Part shown: in pieces, positions 28,644-37,024 of the stretch
How the letters are laid out: each line of letters opens with the position of its first letter
Position numbering within the stretch: the first letter of the stretch is position 1
NCBI GenBank assembly: GCA_965370555.1
Contig: CBDUVB010000003.1
Location: forward strand, 20,357 to 84,356
Direction: 5' to 3'
DNA: 64,000 nucleotides
Source: an uncultured bacterium
GTDB taxonomy: Bacteria; Bipolaricaulota; Bipolaricaulia; UBA7950; UBA9294
Position numbers and translations under genes: made by a program
Notes under the pieces: generated by a model
Told to the model about the DNA's origin: nothing
Databases searched by the model: none
What the model saw: only the letters and a program-made list of their open reading frames with translations

Positions 28644-29992
28644 ACGGAGAGAAGATCCCCGCCGTGATCCTCGCAGCGGGGAAGGGAGAGCGGCTCACAT
28701 CGGATGGGGACCGCCCCAAGTCCCTCATCCTCCTCCTGGGCCTCTCCCTTCTCGAACGAACGATCCTCTCTTGCAGAGAGGCGGGGATCGACGAGTTCTT
28801 TGTCGTCCTTGGTCATCGCGGTGAAGAGATCGAGCCTTATCTTGCCAGATGGGAACGTCACTACCACCTCTCGATCACTCCGGTAACGAATCCGAATTGG
28901 GAGGAGGGGAACGGAACCTCTGCGCTCTCCTGTGCTCCATATCTCAAGACGAGTTTCCTCCTCCTCATGTGCGATCACCTCTTCGACCCCGGAGCGATCT
29001 CACACCTGATAGCGGAGGAAAAGGACGAGGGAGCGTGCACTCTCCTCGTCGATCGCCGCCTCGATCGTGTCTTCGATCGGGAGGACGCGACTTGCGTTCG
29101 GGTGACGGAAGGGAGGATTACTGCGATCGGGAAGGGGTTGTCCGAGGCTGATGGGATAGACACCGGGATCTTCCTCTGCCGGCTGTTCCTCTTCGGCGCC
29201 CTGCGAGAAGCACGTGCACAAGGGGACGGATCGCTCTCCGGTGGGATGAGGATCTTGGCTCGTGCGGGAAAGCTGCGCGCGGTTTACATTGGGGAGCGCT
29301 CCTGGCTCGATATCGATACACCACAGGCACTGAGAGAGGGACGCAGGCTTCTCATGAGGAGCCTGGGGAAGCCGGATGAAGATGGGATTGTTTCGCGTCT
29401 GTTCAATCGACCGATATCGGTCCGAATATCAGCCTTTCTCGTTACCCACCGATTGTTCTCGCGACTGACCCCGAACGCGATCAGCCTGGTGAGCTTCCTC
29501 CTCGTTCTCTCGAGCGCGTTCCTCTTCACCCTCGAGGGATACTGGGCGATTGTTGCCGCGGGAGTCCTGCTCGATCTTGGTTCGGTTGTTGACGGCTGCG
29601 ACGGTGAGGTGGCGCGGTTGACCTTCCGAACGAGCCGGTTTGGAGCGTGGTTTGATACCCTACTCGATCGGTACGGGGACACGGCCGTCGTCATCGGGAT
29701 CACCTACGGTTTCTCGCGATTTCATACGGGTCCGCTTGTTTGGGTGGGTGGGAGCCTCGCACTCTCTGGGTTTCTCCTTGCGAGCTACACCAAGAAGGAG
29801 CACGTTCTGCGCTACGGGAAACCCCTTTCAAGGAGCCTTTGGACTCTCCTCATCAAGCGAGATCTTCGTCTCTTCGCGCTCTTCCTTGGGGCCCTCTTTG
29901 GTCGTCCCTACCTCGCTCTCATCGTGATGGGATTCATCTCTCACTTTGGGATCGGGCTCCTCTTTTGGGAAGGGAGGGAGAGAAGAAACTAA
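28640..29992 (+). CDS. bifunctional CTP:inositol-1-phosphate cytidylyltransferase / CDP-inositol:inositol-1-phosphate transferase (IPCT/DIPPS) for di-myo-inositol-phosphate synthesis
   Basis: N-terminal nucleotidyltransferase fold (AVILAAGKGERL) fused to a C-terminal CDP-alcohol phosphatidyltransferase with a 6-TM domain and DGCDGEVAR; overlaps the ino1 stop by 4 nt. Confidence 0.85.
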   Translation: MNGEKIPAVILAAGKGERLTSDGDRPKSLILLLGLSLLERTILSCREAGIDEFFVVLGHRGEEIEPYLARWERHYHLSITPVTNPNWEEGNGTSALSCAPYLKTSFLLLMCDHLFDPGAISHLIAEEKDEGACTLLVDRRLDRVFDREDATCVRVTEGRITAIGKGLSEADGIDTGIFLCRLFLFGALREARAQGDGSLSGGMRILARAGKLRAVYIGERSWLDIDTPQALREGRRLLMRSLGKPDEDGIVSRLFNRPISVRISAFLVTHRLFSRLTPNAISLVSFLLVLSSAFLFTLEGYWAIVAAGVLLDLGSVVDGCDGEVARLTFRTSRFGAWFDTLLDRYGDTAVVIGITYGFSRFHTGPLVWVGGSLALSGFLLASYTKKEHVLRYGKPLSRSLWTLLIKRDLRLFALFLGALFGRPYLALIVMGFISHFGIGLLFWEGRERRN

Positions 29993-30019
29993 TCCTGGCG
30001 ATCATCTGGTGTGGGTTTG

Positions 30020-30424
30020 TCAAGGGGAAGAGGTATGCTTCTCCTCGCTAGAGTAGCCACAGTCGATGCAGCGCCACTCGATCTCCCCGGTGAACAGGTT
30101 GAAGTGGATCGGGAGCATGCTCCCCCCGCACTTTGGGCAGGAGACGAAGGAGACGTTCGTCGGGACCGGCTCGTTGCCCGGCCCGGTGGCGATCAGGTTT
30201 ACTGGCTCGGGCATGACAAGGTTCACGTCTCCGATCACTCCTGTCTCGGCATCGACGAGCGAGACAGCTCCGGTTACGTTGATCGTAAACCCATGGCGGT
30301 TGATTTGAATCAGAACTACCAAGATCCCGACCAACAGGACGATCAGAGCAACAAGGGCGACAGAGAGTGCAATCTGCTTCATGGAACCTCCTTCTGTTCT
30401 ACGTGGGATGGCAACGGATTTCAC
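30020..30424 (-). CDS. small membrane-anchored protein with a C-terminal zinc-ribbon
   Basis: One TM helix; CPKCG...CIDCG; directly downstream of nfeD on the same strand. Confidence 0.4.
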   Translation of the reverse strand: MKSVAIPRRTEGGSMKQIALSVALVALIVLLVGILVVLIQINRHGFTINVTGAVSLVDAETGVIGDVNLVMPEPVNLIATGPGNEPVPTNVSFVSCPKCGGSMLPIHFNLFTGEIEWRCIDCGYSSEEKHTSSP

Positions 30425-30436
30425 AGCAGGGCAGGT

Positions 30437-31717
30437 TCATCGCGCGCGCCGGACGATGAGGGTGCTCTTCTCGACCTTATCGACGACGACCTTGTCCCCC
30501 CTTAGGATTTCATCCTCTACGGAGATAGCATGCCAGTACTCGCCGTGCACGAAGACCGTTCCCGCGGGATCGAGGTCACTCTTCGCGATTCCGACTGAGT
30601 CGATCATTCCGTCCTTCCCGGTGACCGGGCGCCTGCGCTGGATGAGGAGCCCCTTGGAGACGATGAACACGAAGAGTGCAGTGATCGTTCCCACGGTAAG
30701 GAAGACCGTTGCCCAGGAGAGGCCGATCGCGCGGTTTTGGATGTCAAATAGGGTGAACGACCCGACGAGGAGGGCGATCACTCCTCCGGTGGTTAGGATT
30801 CCGTTGGTCGGTGTGAACGCATCGAGAACCATCAACAGCGTCCCAAACAGGATGAGAGCCACTCCGACGGTGTTCACCGGGAGGATCTGCAACCCCAGGA
30901 AGGCGAGGATGAGGCATATCCCGCCTGCAGCGAGGCCGAATCCGATTCCTGGATGGAAGAACTCGTAGATCAGCCCGTAGAGGCCGAGGATAAACAGGAT
31001 GTAGACGATGTTCGGGTCGGCGAGGTAGTTGAGGAGTCGCTCACGCAGGGTCGGCCGTATCTTGGTGATTGTGCATCCACTCGTGTGCAGGGTGCGTCCG
31101 TCGGGGAGGGCATAGCCATCGAGACGGGCAAGGAGGTCGTCGAGATCATCGGCGACGAGATCGATCACCCTCTGATCGAGCGCCTCTAACGCGGTGAGCG
31201 AGCTTGACTCGCGGACCGCAGCCTCCGCCCACTCCACGTTGCGCCCGCGCTCCTCGGCGATAGATTTGGCGAAGGCGACGGCATCGTTTGTGATCTTCTC
31301 AGTCATCGTCTCGTCCTGCTCCTCCCCCCCTCCCATCAGATCGACCGGGTGAGCAGCGCCGATGTTCGTCCCCGGAGCCATCGCGGCGACATCTGCAGCA
31401 AGGGTGATCAGGACCCCGGCCGAAGCGGCCCGTGCCCCGGCAGGTCCGACGAAGACAACGATCGGAACAGAGGAAGCGAGCTCGGCAATCACGATGTCGC
31501 GCATCGACTCTCCTAGCCCACCCGGGGTGTTCAGTTCGATCACGAGGAGCTCCGCCTGTTCCTCTTCAGCCTGCGCGATCGCCCGCAGGACGAGATCCTT
31601 GCTCACTGGGTTGATCGAGCCATCGAGCAGGAGGTGAACGATTCCCCCACTTCCAAAGGACGCAAGGGAGAGGCTGAAAACGATGGCAAATGCTAAAACA
31701 AAGGTACGTCGCATCAT
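30437..31717 (-). CDS. nfeD: NfeD-family membrane-bound ClpP-class serine protease (long form with C-terminal OB domain)
   Basis: Signal peptide, ClpP-like domain (GPAGARAASAG), 4-5 TM helices, C-terminal OB fold (VFVHGEYWHAIS). Confidence 0.8.
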   Translation of the reverse strand: MMRRTFVLAFAIVFSLSLASFGSGGIVHLLLDGSINPVSKDLVLRAIAQAEEEQAELLVIELNTPGGLGESMRDIVIAELASSVPIVVFVGPAGARAASAGVLITLAADVAAMAPGTNIGAAHPVDLMGGGEEQDETMTEKITNDAVAFAKSIAEERGRNVEWAEAAVRESSSLTALEALDQRVIDLVADDLDDLLARLDGYALPDGRTLHTSGCTITKIRPTLRERLLNYLADPNIVYILFILGLYGLIYEFFHPGIGFGLAAGGICLILAFLGLQILPVNTVGVALILFGTLLMVLDAFTPTNGILTTGGVIALLVGSFTLFDIQNRAIGLSWATVFLTVGTITALFVFIVSKGLLIQRRRPVTGKDGMIDSVGIAKSDLDPAGTVFVHGEYWHAISVEDEILRGDKVVVDKVEKSTLIVRRAR

Positions 31718-31857
31718 GATGAGATGACGTTACACCATTCGCGCCATGTGATGCAACACATGAAGTGGAGTCTCCTGTCTAGAAAGGGACCTCCAAAGGG
31801 AGGCTATTTCGGGTATCATTAAAAGCCAGGAGATTCGATAGAGAGGAGAAGATAGGA

Positions 31858-32532
31858 ATGATCAAAGCGGTGATATTCGATTTCGATGGTTTGATACTCG
31901 ACACGGAGCTTCCGGTCTTTCGTGCGTGGCAGGAAGTTTTTGCCAAGCACGGACAGGAGCTTACCCTTGATGACTGGACCGATTACATCGGCCGGTCGCC
32001 TGATACGTTCGACCCGTGCGTTGATCTAGAGCAGCTGCTCGGACGGGCGGTCGACCGCGAGGCGCTCCGTATTGAGCACCACCAGTGCGAGGCGAGCCTG
32101 ATTCAAGCGGAAGAAATACTTCCGGGAGTGGCCAATCTGATCGAGCAGGCGCTCAAGCGCAACATGCGGTTGGGAATCGCATCGAGTTCCGAGCGCGCGT
32201 GGGTGGTCGGGCACCTTGCACGCCTTGGTCTTGGTGATCGCTTTGAGACGATCCGCTGCTCTGATGATGTGGTGCACACAAAGCCTGCCGCAGATCTGTA
32301 CTCATCGGTACTCGTTGCGTGGGGGATTGCTCCGAAAGAAGCGTTCGCACTCGAAGATTCGCCGCACGGTGTCAGCGCAGCCAAGGCGGCAGGGATATTC
32401 TGCATTGCTGTTCCCAACGAGATGACCAAAAACCTCGTCTTTGATCATGCCGACCTCGTTCTCCCCTCGCTTGCGGGGACGAGTCTGGAGGAATTGCTGC
32501 GAAAGATTGGCGCGGATGGCGTACAACCGTAA
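31858..32532 (+). CDS. HAD-IA family hydrolase (beta-phosphoglucomutase-like)
   Basis: DFDGLILDTE motif I; motifs II-IV are present. Confidence 0.8.
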   Translation: MIKAVIFDFDGLILDTELPVFRAWQEVFAKHGQELTLDDWTDYIGRSPDTFDPCVDLEQLLGRAVDREALRIEHHQCEASLIQAEEILPGVANLIEQALKRNMRLGIASSSERAWVVGHLARLGLGDRFETIRCSDDVVHTKPAADLYSSVLVAWGIAPKEAFALEDSPHGVSAAKAAGIFCIAVPNEMTKNLVFDHADLVLPSLAGTSLEELLRKIGADGVQP

Positions 32533-32638
32533 TCTTGCGTGACCGTTTGTATGATCTTTCACATTCGTGTCATTTGGCCTATTTGTGTAATTCGTGATAT
32601 TGCTGTCATTCGCGCCGTTCGATCTATTTGTGTAATCC

Positions 32639-34852
32639 ATGATAACTGGGAGGACTTGCGTGGCCACGCTTCTGGACGTTAAGGCGGCGTTGAAAAAGTT
32701 CTGGGGGTACGATAGCTTCCTGCCGTTGCAGGAACGAGCCATCGAGTCCATCCTGTGCGGCCGCGATTCCATCGTCGTCCTCCCCACCGGGGGAGGGAAG
32801 TCTATCTGCTTTCAGGCTCCGGCAGTGACTTTGCCTGGTATGGCAATCGTCGTCTCCCCTTTAATATCTCTGATGAAAGACCAGATCGACGCTCTTAACG
32901 AGTGTGGAGTTCCTGCGGCGCGCATCGATAGCAGTCTATCATCAATTGAGCAAGGCGCTGTGATCGATCAGGTTCTCAACCGAAACCTGAAGCTTCTCTA
33001 TGTGGCTCCCGAGCGGTTCGCTGCAGACGGGTTCGTCCGCTTTCTGAGACAGGTTGATCTCTCGTTGATCGCTATCGATGAGGCGCACTGCGTCAGCATG
33101 TGGGGGCATGACTTCCGTCCCGAGTACAGGCGGCTGGGACGGTTGAAGGAGACGTTCCCTGGTGTGGCGGTCCACGCTTACACCGCCACCGCCACAGAGC
33201 AGGTTCGGCGTGACATAGCCCTCCAGTTGTACCTGGAAGACCCCGAGGTTCTGATTGGATCTTTCGATCGGCCTAACCTTGTTTACCGGGTGCAGCGGCG
33301 ATCCAACACCATGCAGCAGGTTTGCAATGTGCTCGATCGTCATCATGGGGAATCGGTCATCATCTACTGTATTCGACGAGTTGACGTCGATAGCCTGTGT
33401 GCAAAGCTGATTCGAAAGGGCTATCGTGCCGTGCCATACCACGCTGGGATGAGCGCGGATGATCGCAAGGCGGCCCAGGATACGTTCATCGCTGAGGAGG
33501 TTGAGATCATCGTTGCGACTGTGGCGTTTGGGATGGGGATAGATAAGTCGAACGTGCGCGCCGTGATCCACACCGGCATGCCTAAGTCGCTCGAACACTA
33601 TCAGCAGGAGAGTGGCCGCGGAGGGCGCGACGGCTTGGAGGCTGAGTGTTCTCTGTTCTGGTCGGGGGGAGACTACGGAATCTGGAAGAGCATCCTAGCA
33701 AACTCGGAGTCCGGTCAGGCGCGGGAGATCTCCCTCGCCAAGCTGAACGTGATGTACGACTACTGCACCGGCCTTGCTTGCCGTCATCGCGCTCTGGTCA
33801 ACTACTTTGATCAGGACCTGGATTGCACAAACTGCGGTGCCTGCGATGTCTGCCTGGGAGAGATCGGCTCTATGGATGGAGCCCTGGAGATCGCGCAGAA
33901 GATCCTCTCCTGCGCGGTGCGGTTGCACGAAAGATTCGGTGCCGACTACACAGCGGCTGTGTTGAGCGGATCGCGCGATCACCGTATCCTGGAACGCAAG
34001 CATGACTCCCTTTCCACCTACGGCCTGCTTTCAGATCTGCCGAAGAGCACAACGCGAGATTGGATCGAGCAGCTCGTCGGACAGGGATACATCGAGAAAG
34101 CGGGAGACTTCAATGTCCTTCACGTTACGGAAAGGGGTTGGCGCGTGCTGCGCGGGGAAGAGGTTCCCACCCTGCTCAAGCCTGCTGAGAAACACGTCAG
34201 GGCATCGAAGGTGGCGGCCGATTCGTGGGAGGGTGTTGATCGCGGGTTGTTCGAGACGCTGCGAACCCTGCGCAGGGATCTCGCTACAAGCAAAAACGTT
34301 CCTGCCTATGTTGTGTTCGGCGATGCCTCACTACGCGATATGGCACGTCGCCGCCCGTCCACCCTGGGAGCCTTCTTGCAGACGCGCGGTGTCGGGAGTG
34401 CGAAGGCCGAGCAGTACGGCACTCTCTTTCTCGGTGTCATCGAGGAATACAGCCGTGAACACTCGCTTGCGCTGGATGTCTCTCCTCCTCAAGGAGCACG
34501 AAGCGTGCGTAAGCAGCAGCGATCCACGCTCAACATGGCGCGACAGATTGCGTTCGGCTTGTTCGCGCAGGGCGTCTCCATTGAGGAGATCGCGCGTTCG
34601 GTCGACCGCGTACCGTCAACAGTGGTTAAGTACCTGGTCGCGTACATCAATCAGGAGAGGATCGAGGATTCCTCGCCCTGGGTCGAGGAGCAGGCATTCG
34701 ATCGTATTGCAGAGGCTGTCGTGCGGGTGGGTACCGATCAACTAGGACCGATCCACCATGCTCTTGGAGGTGAGGTCGACTACGACCTGATACGGATCAG
34801 CCTGGCGCTATTGCAGAGCAGGAAACGTGGAACGGCGAACACGGAACAATGA
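32639..34852 (+). CDS. recQ: ATP-dependent DNA helicase RecQ
   Basis: DEAH helicase (GYDSFLPLQ, PTGGGKSICFQ, DEAHCVSMWGHDFRPEY), RQC zinc cysteines, HRDC region and a C-terminal extension. Confidence 0.9.
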   Translation: MITGRTCVATLLDVKAALKKFWGYDSFLPLQERAIESILCGRDSIVVLPTGGGKSICFQAPAVTLPGMAIVVSPLISLMKDQIDALNECGVPAARIDSSLSSIEQGAVIDQVLNRNLKLLYVAPERFAADGFVRFLRQVDLSLIAIDEAHCVSMWGHDFRPEYRRLGRLKETFPGVAVHAYTATATEQVRRDIALQLYLEDPEVLIGSFDRPNLVYRVQRRSNTMQQVCNVLDRHHGESVIIYCIRRVDVDSLCAKLIRKGYRAVPYHAGMSADDRKAAQDTFIAEEVEIIVATVAFGMGIDKSNVRAVIHTGMPKSLEHYQQESGRGGRDGLEAECSLFWSGGDYGIWKSILANSESGQAREISLAKLNVMYDYCTGLACRHRALVNYFDQDLDCTNCGACDVCLGEIGSMDGALEIAQKILSCAVRLHERFGADYTAAVLSGSRDHRILERKHDSLSTYGLLSDLPKSTTRDWIEQLVGQGYIEKAGDFNVLHVTERGWRVLRGEEVPTLLKPAEKHVRASKVAADSWEGVDRGLFETLRTLRRDLATSKNVPAYVVFGDASLRDMARRRPSTLGAFLQTRGVGSAKAEQYGTLFLGVIEEYSREHSLALDVSPPQGARSVRKQQRSTLNMARQIAFGLFAQGVSIEEIARSVDRVPSTVVKYLVAYINQERIEDSSPWVEEQAFDRIAEAVVRVGTDQLGPIHHALGGEVDYDLIRISLALLQSRKRGTANTEQ

Positions 34853-34912
34853 CGAAGATGGAGGGCAATCCAGATCGTGCTTGCTCGACACAACCCTTTG
34901 TGGTAGCTTAGG

Positions 34913-35479
34913 GTGGTCATGAAGGCAATTTCGATCTCGATCCTGTTTGTCCTTGTCATATCGGCCATCGCGTGTGCCTATCCTCACCAGCTGTTCCTCG
35001 ATCTACCGATTGCGGAGAGCATGGGTGACCGAGGGTTGACCGGTTACAGGCTCAATCTCTCCTTTGGCACAGGCCCCTCACTGCAAGTCGGTCGAGCGAT
35101 CACCGATCGTCTCGACCTCTGGATAACGACGTCGCTCTACGGTCTATTCTCGCTTGAAGTGCGAGCTTTGCTTATCGATCGCCTGGGGCCGCTGAATCTG
35201 TCGCTCGCTCTTTCGCAAGACGGGCTCACTCTTCTTTCCGCGCTCTTGCTCGGTCCGTTACGGATAGATTGGGGGCGGATCATCGGTCTGGATGAGAAAA
35301 AATGGGTGACGTTCACCGCATCGAAAACACAGTGGTTCAGTCTTGTCCTCGGTTTAGAGCACAACGTGCGCTACTCTTTCCTCGGTGGGGTTCGTCTCTT
35401 TCCAGGAGGAGGGTTCTGGGGGCTCTCCATCCTCATGCAGGAACAGCGCTGGACGATCTCAGCGGGAGGGATCTTTTGA
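34913..35479 (+). CDS. secreted hypothetical protein, possible small beta-barrel outer-membrane protein
   Basis: Signal peptide; alternating hydrophobic strands; aromatic C-terminus (...WTISAGGIF). Confidence 0.35.
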   Translation: MVMKAISISILFVLVISAIACAYPHQLFLDLPIAESMGDRGLTGYRLNLSFGTGPSLQVGRAITDRLDLWITTSLYGLFSLEVRALLIDRLGPLNLSLALSQDGLTLLSALLLGPLRIDWGRIIGLDEKKWVTFTASKTQWFSLVLGLEHNVRYSFLGGVRLFPGGGFWGLSILMQEQRWTISAGGIF

Positions 35480-36360
35480 AGTTCTCTATCGGTCTGGTTG
35501 TTCTACTCATCTTGCTACATGTTGTGACGATCGCCTCCTCGCTCACGATCCTCTATACCAACGACATTCACAGTCGACTCGACCGCCTGGAAGGGTTGGC
35601 CGCGTTGATTGCGGAGGAGCGATCTCAGACTGACGATCTCTTGCTTTTCGACGGGGGGGATGCGTGGCACGATTTCCGTGTACCACTCTACGCGGTGTGG
35701 GGAGCCGATGAGATAGTCGCGTGGATGAACCGGGTCGGATATGACGCAATGGCTGTTGGAAATCACGATCTCTATTGGGGGGCGGAGCGGCTTGCCGAAC
35801 TCTCTTCAGAGGCTGATTTCCCCCTCCTTGCCGCTAATTTGCTTCCTCAGTATGGAGTGGTGGCGCCGTTTATCCCGTACACGATCCGAACGGTGGACGG
35901 GTTGCAGGTGCTGATAATCGGGCTGATCACGCCCGAGGATTTTCCCTACCCGGATTACCCCTGGGTGAGGTATATCGAACCGGCGGAAGCGCTGCACATG
36001 GTTTTGGAAGAGGCAGGAGCGGAGGTCGACTTCGTGGTCGTTCTGGGGCACCTATCCGTGGCGCGAGCGGTGCGGATTACACGCGTGGTTCCCGATATTG
36101 ACGTCTTCCTCACCGGCCACTATCACGAAATCACACCTGATCCGGTGCGAGAAGGGAAGACCCTGATCCTTCAGGCCGGTGCATTCGGTTGCTACTTGGG
36201 CCGTCTCAAGCTAGAGATCGATTCGCAATCCGGGGAGATTGTATCAGCGCGGAACTCACTACTTGAGACGAAGAAGACCCCGGTCGTGCTCGACCGGGGC
36301 TATCTGAAGCTCTTTACCGTGGTGGTACTCATCGCTACATCGTTGTTGCTTACCCATTAG
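35476..36360 (+). CDS. secreted metallophosphoesterase / 5'-nucleotidase-family protein
   Basis: LTILYTNDIHS and GNHD motifs. Start set to the in-frame TTG at 35476, after the upstream stop; the 35302 ATG would overlap the previous gene by 178 nt. Confidence 0.65.
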   Translation: MKFSIGLVVLLILLHVVTIASSLTILYTNDIHSRLDRLEGLAALIAEERSQTDDLLLFDGGDAWHDFRVPLYAVWGADEIVAWMNRVGYDAMAVGNHDLYWGAERLAELSSEADFPLLAANLLPQYGVVAPFIPYTIRTVDGLQVLIIGLITPEDFPYPDYPWVRYIEPAEALHMVLEEAGAEVDFVVVLGHLSVARAVRITRVVPDIDVFLTGHYHEITPDPVREGKTLILQAGAFGCYLGRLKLEIDSQSGEIVSARNSLLETKKTPVVLDRGYLKLFTVVVLIATSLLLTH

Positions 36361-37024
36361 AAGGTGCCTTCAATAGTCGGACAAAGGCCAAAATGAAGAT
36401 GTAGCTTCACGCGTCTGATTACCCACATTCCTCATTAACCATATTCTCCCTTCTGCAATCGGGTTCAATTCCTCCTCCTGTTGATTTTTTCATCGATTAG
36501 TGCTATGGTGAAATTGTTTCCGTCTTAGGGTAGATCAGAAAGAAAAGGGTCAGGAGGCGATAAAGATGGTGACCCTTAAACGAGGAGCGTGGTGGCTTGT
36601 CCGGTCTGCCTCAACTCCCTAGACAGAGGAACGCGTCACTTGGGTGAGTAGTTACCACTTTTCTATTCTTACCCTAGGGCTGTACGCACCTTGGGGCTGG
36701 TGCAGCATCAAGCGATGGCAGACCGACAACCTCTACTTTGCCAACCCCGGTGATATTGAAAGGTTCTGAGAAGAGGCGATGTTTTATGGTCATAAGGGAG
36801 CCAAGAGAGCAGGATATGATGCCCCATTTACAGGGGACATCACTGACTGGAAGGAGCTGTGAGCCCGGTGTTCGAGATTCCGGACTTGACTGGCTGTGTC
36901 AGATCGGGACAACCTGGATGACGGAGGATGTGCACATGTTAAATGGTCCCGGTGGCAGCGGGATGACTTTAGCGAGTTCGATATTTTTGAGGTGTTAGGT
37001 TGACCGCTTAGGAGGCAATTTGCC

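Noticed and set aside
35302-35475. The N-terminal 58 codons of the ORF at 35302..36360
   Set aside because: They overlap the preceding gene by 178 nt in another frame. A TTG at 35476 immediately follows the upstream stop and gives a plausible signal peptide.
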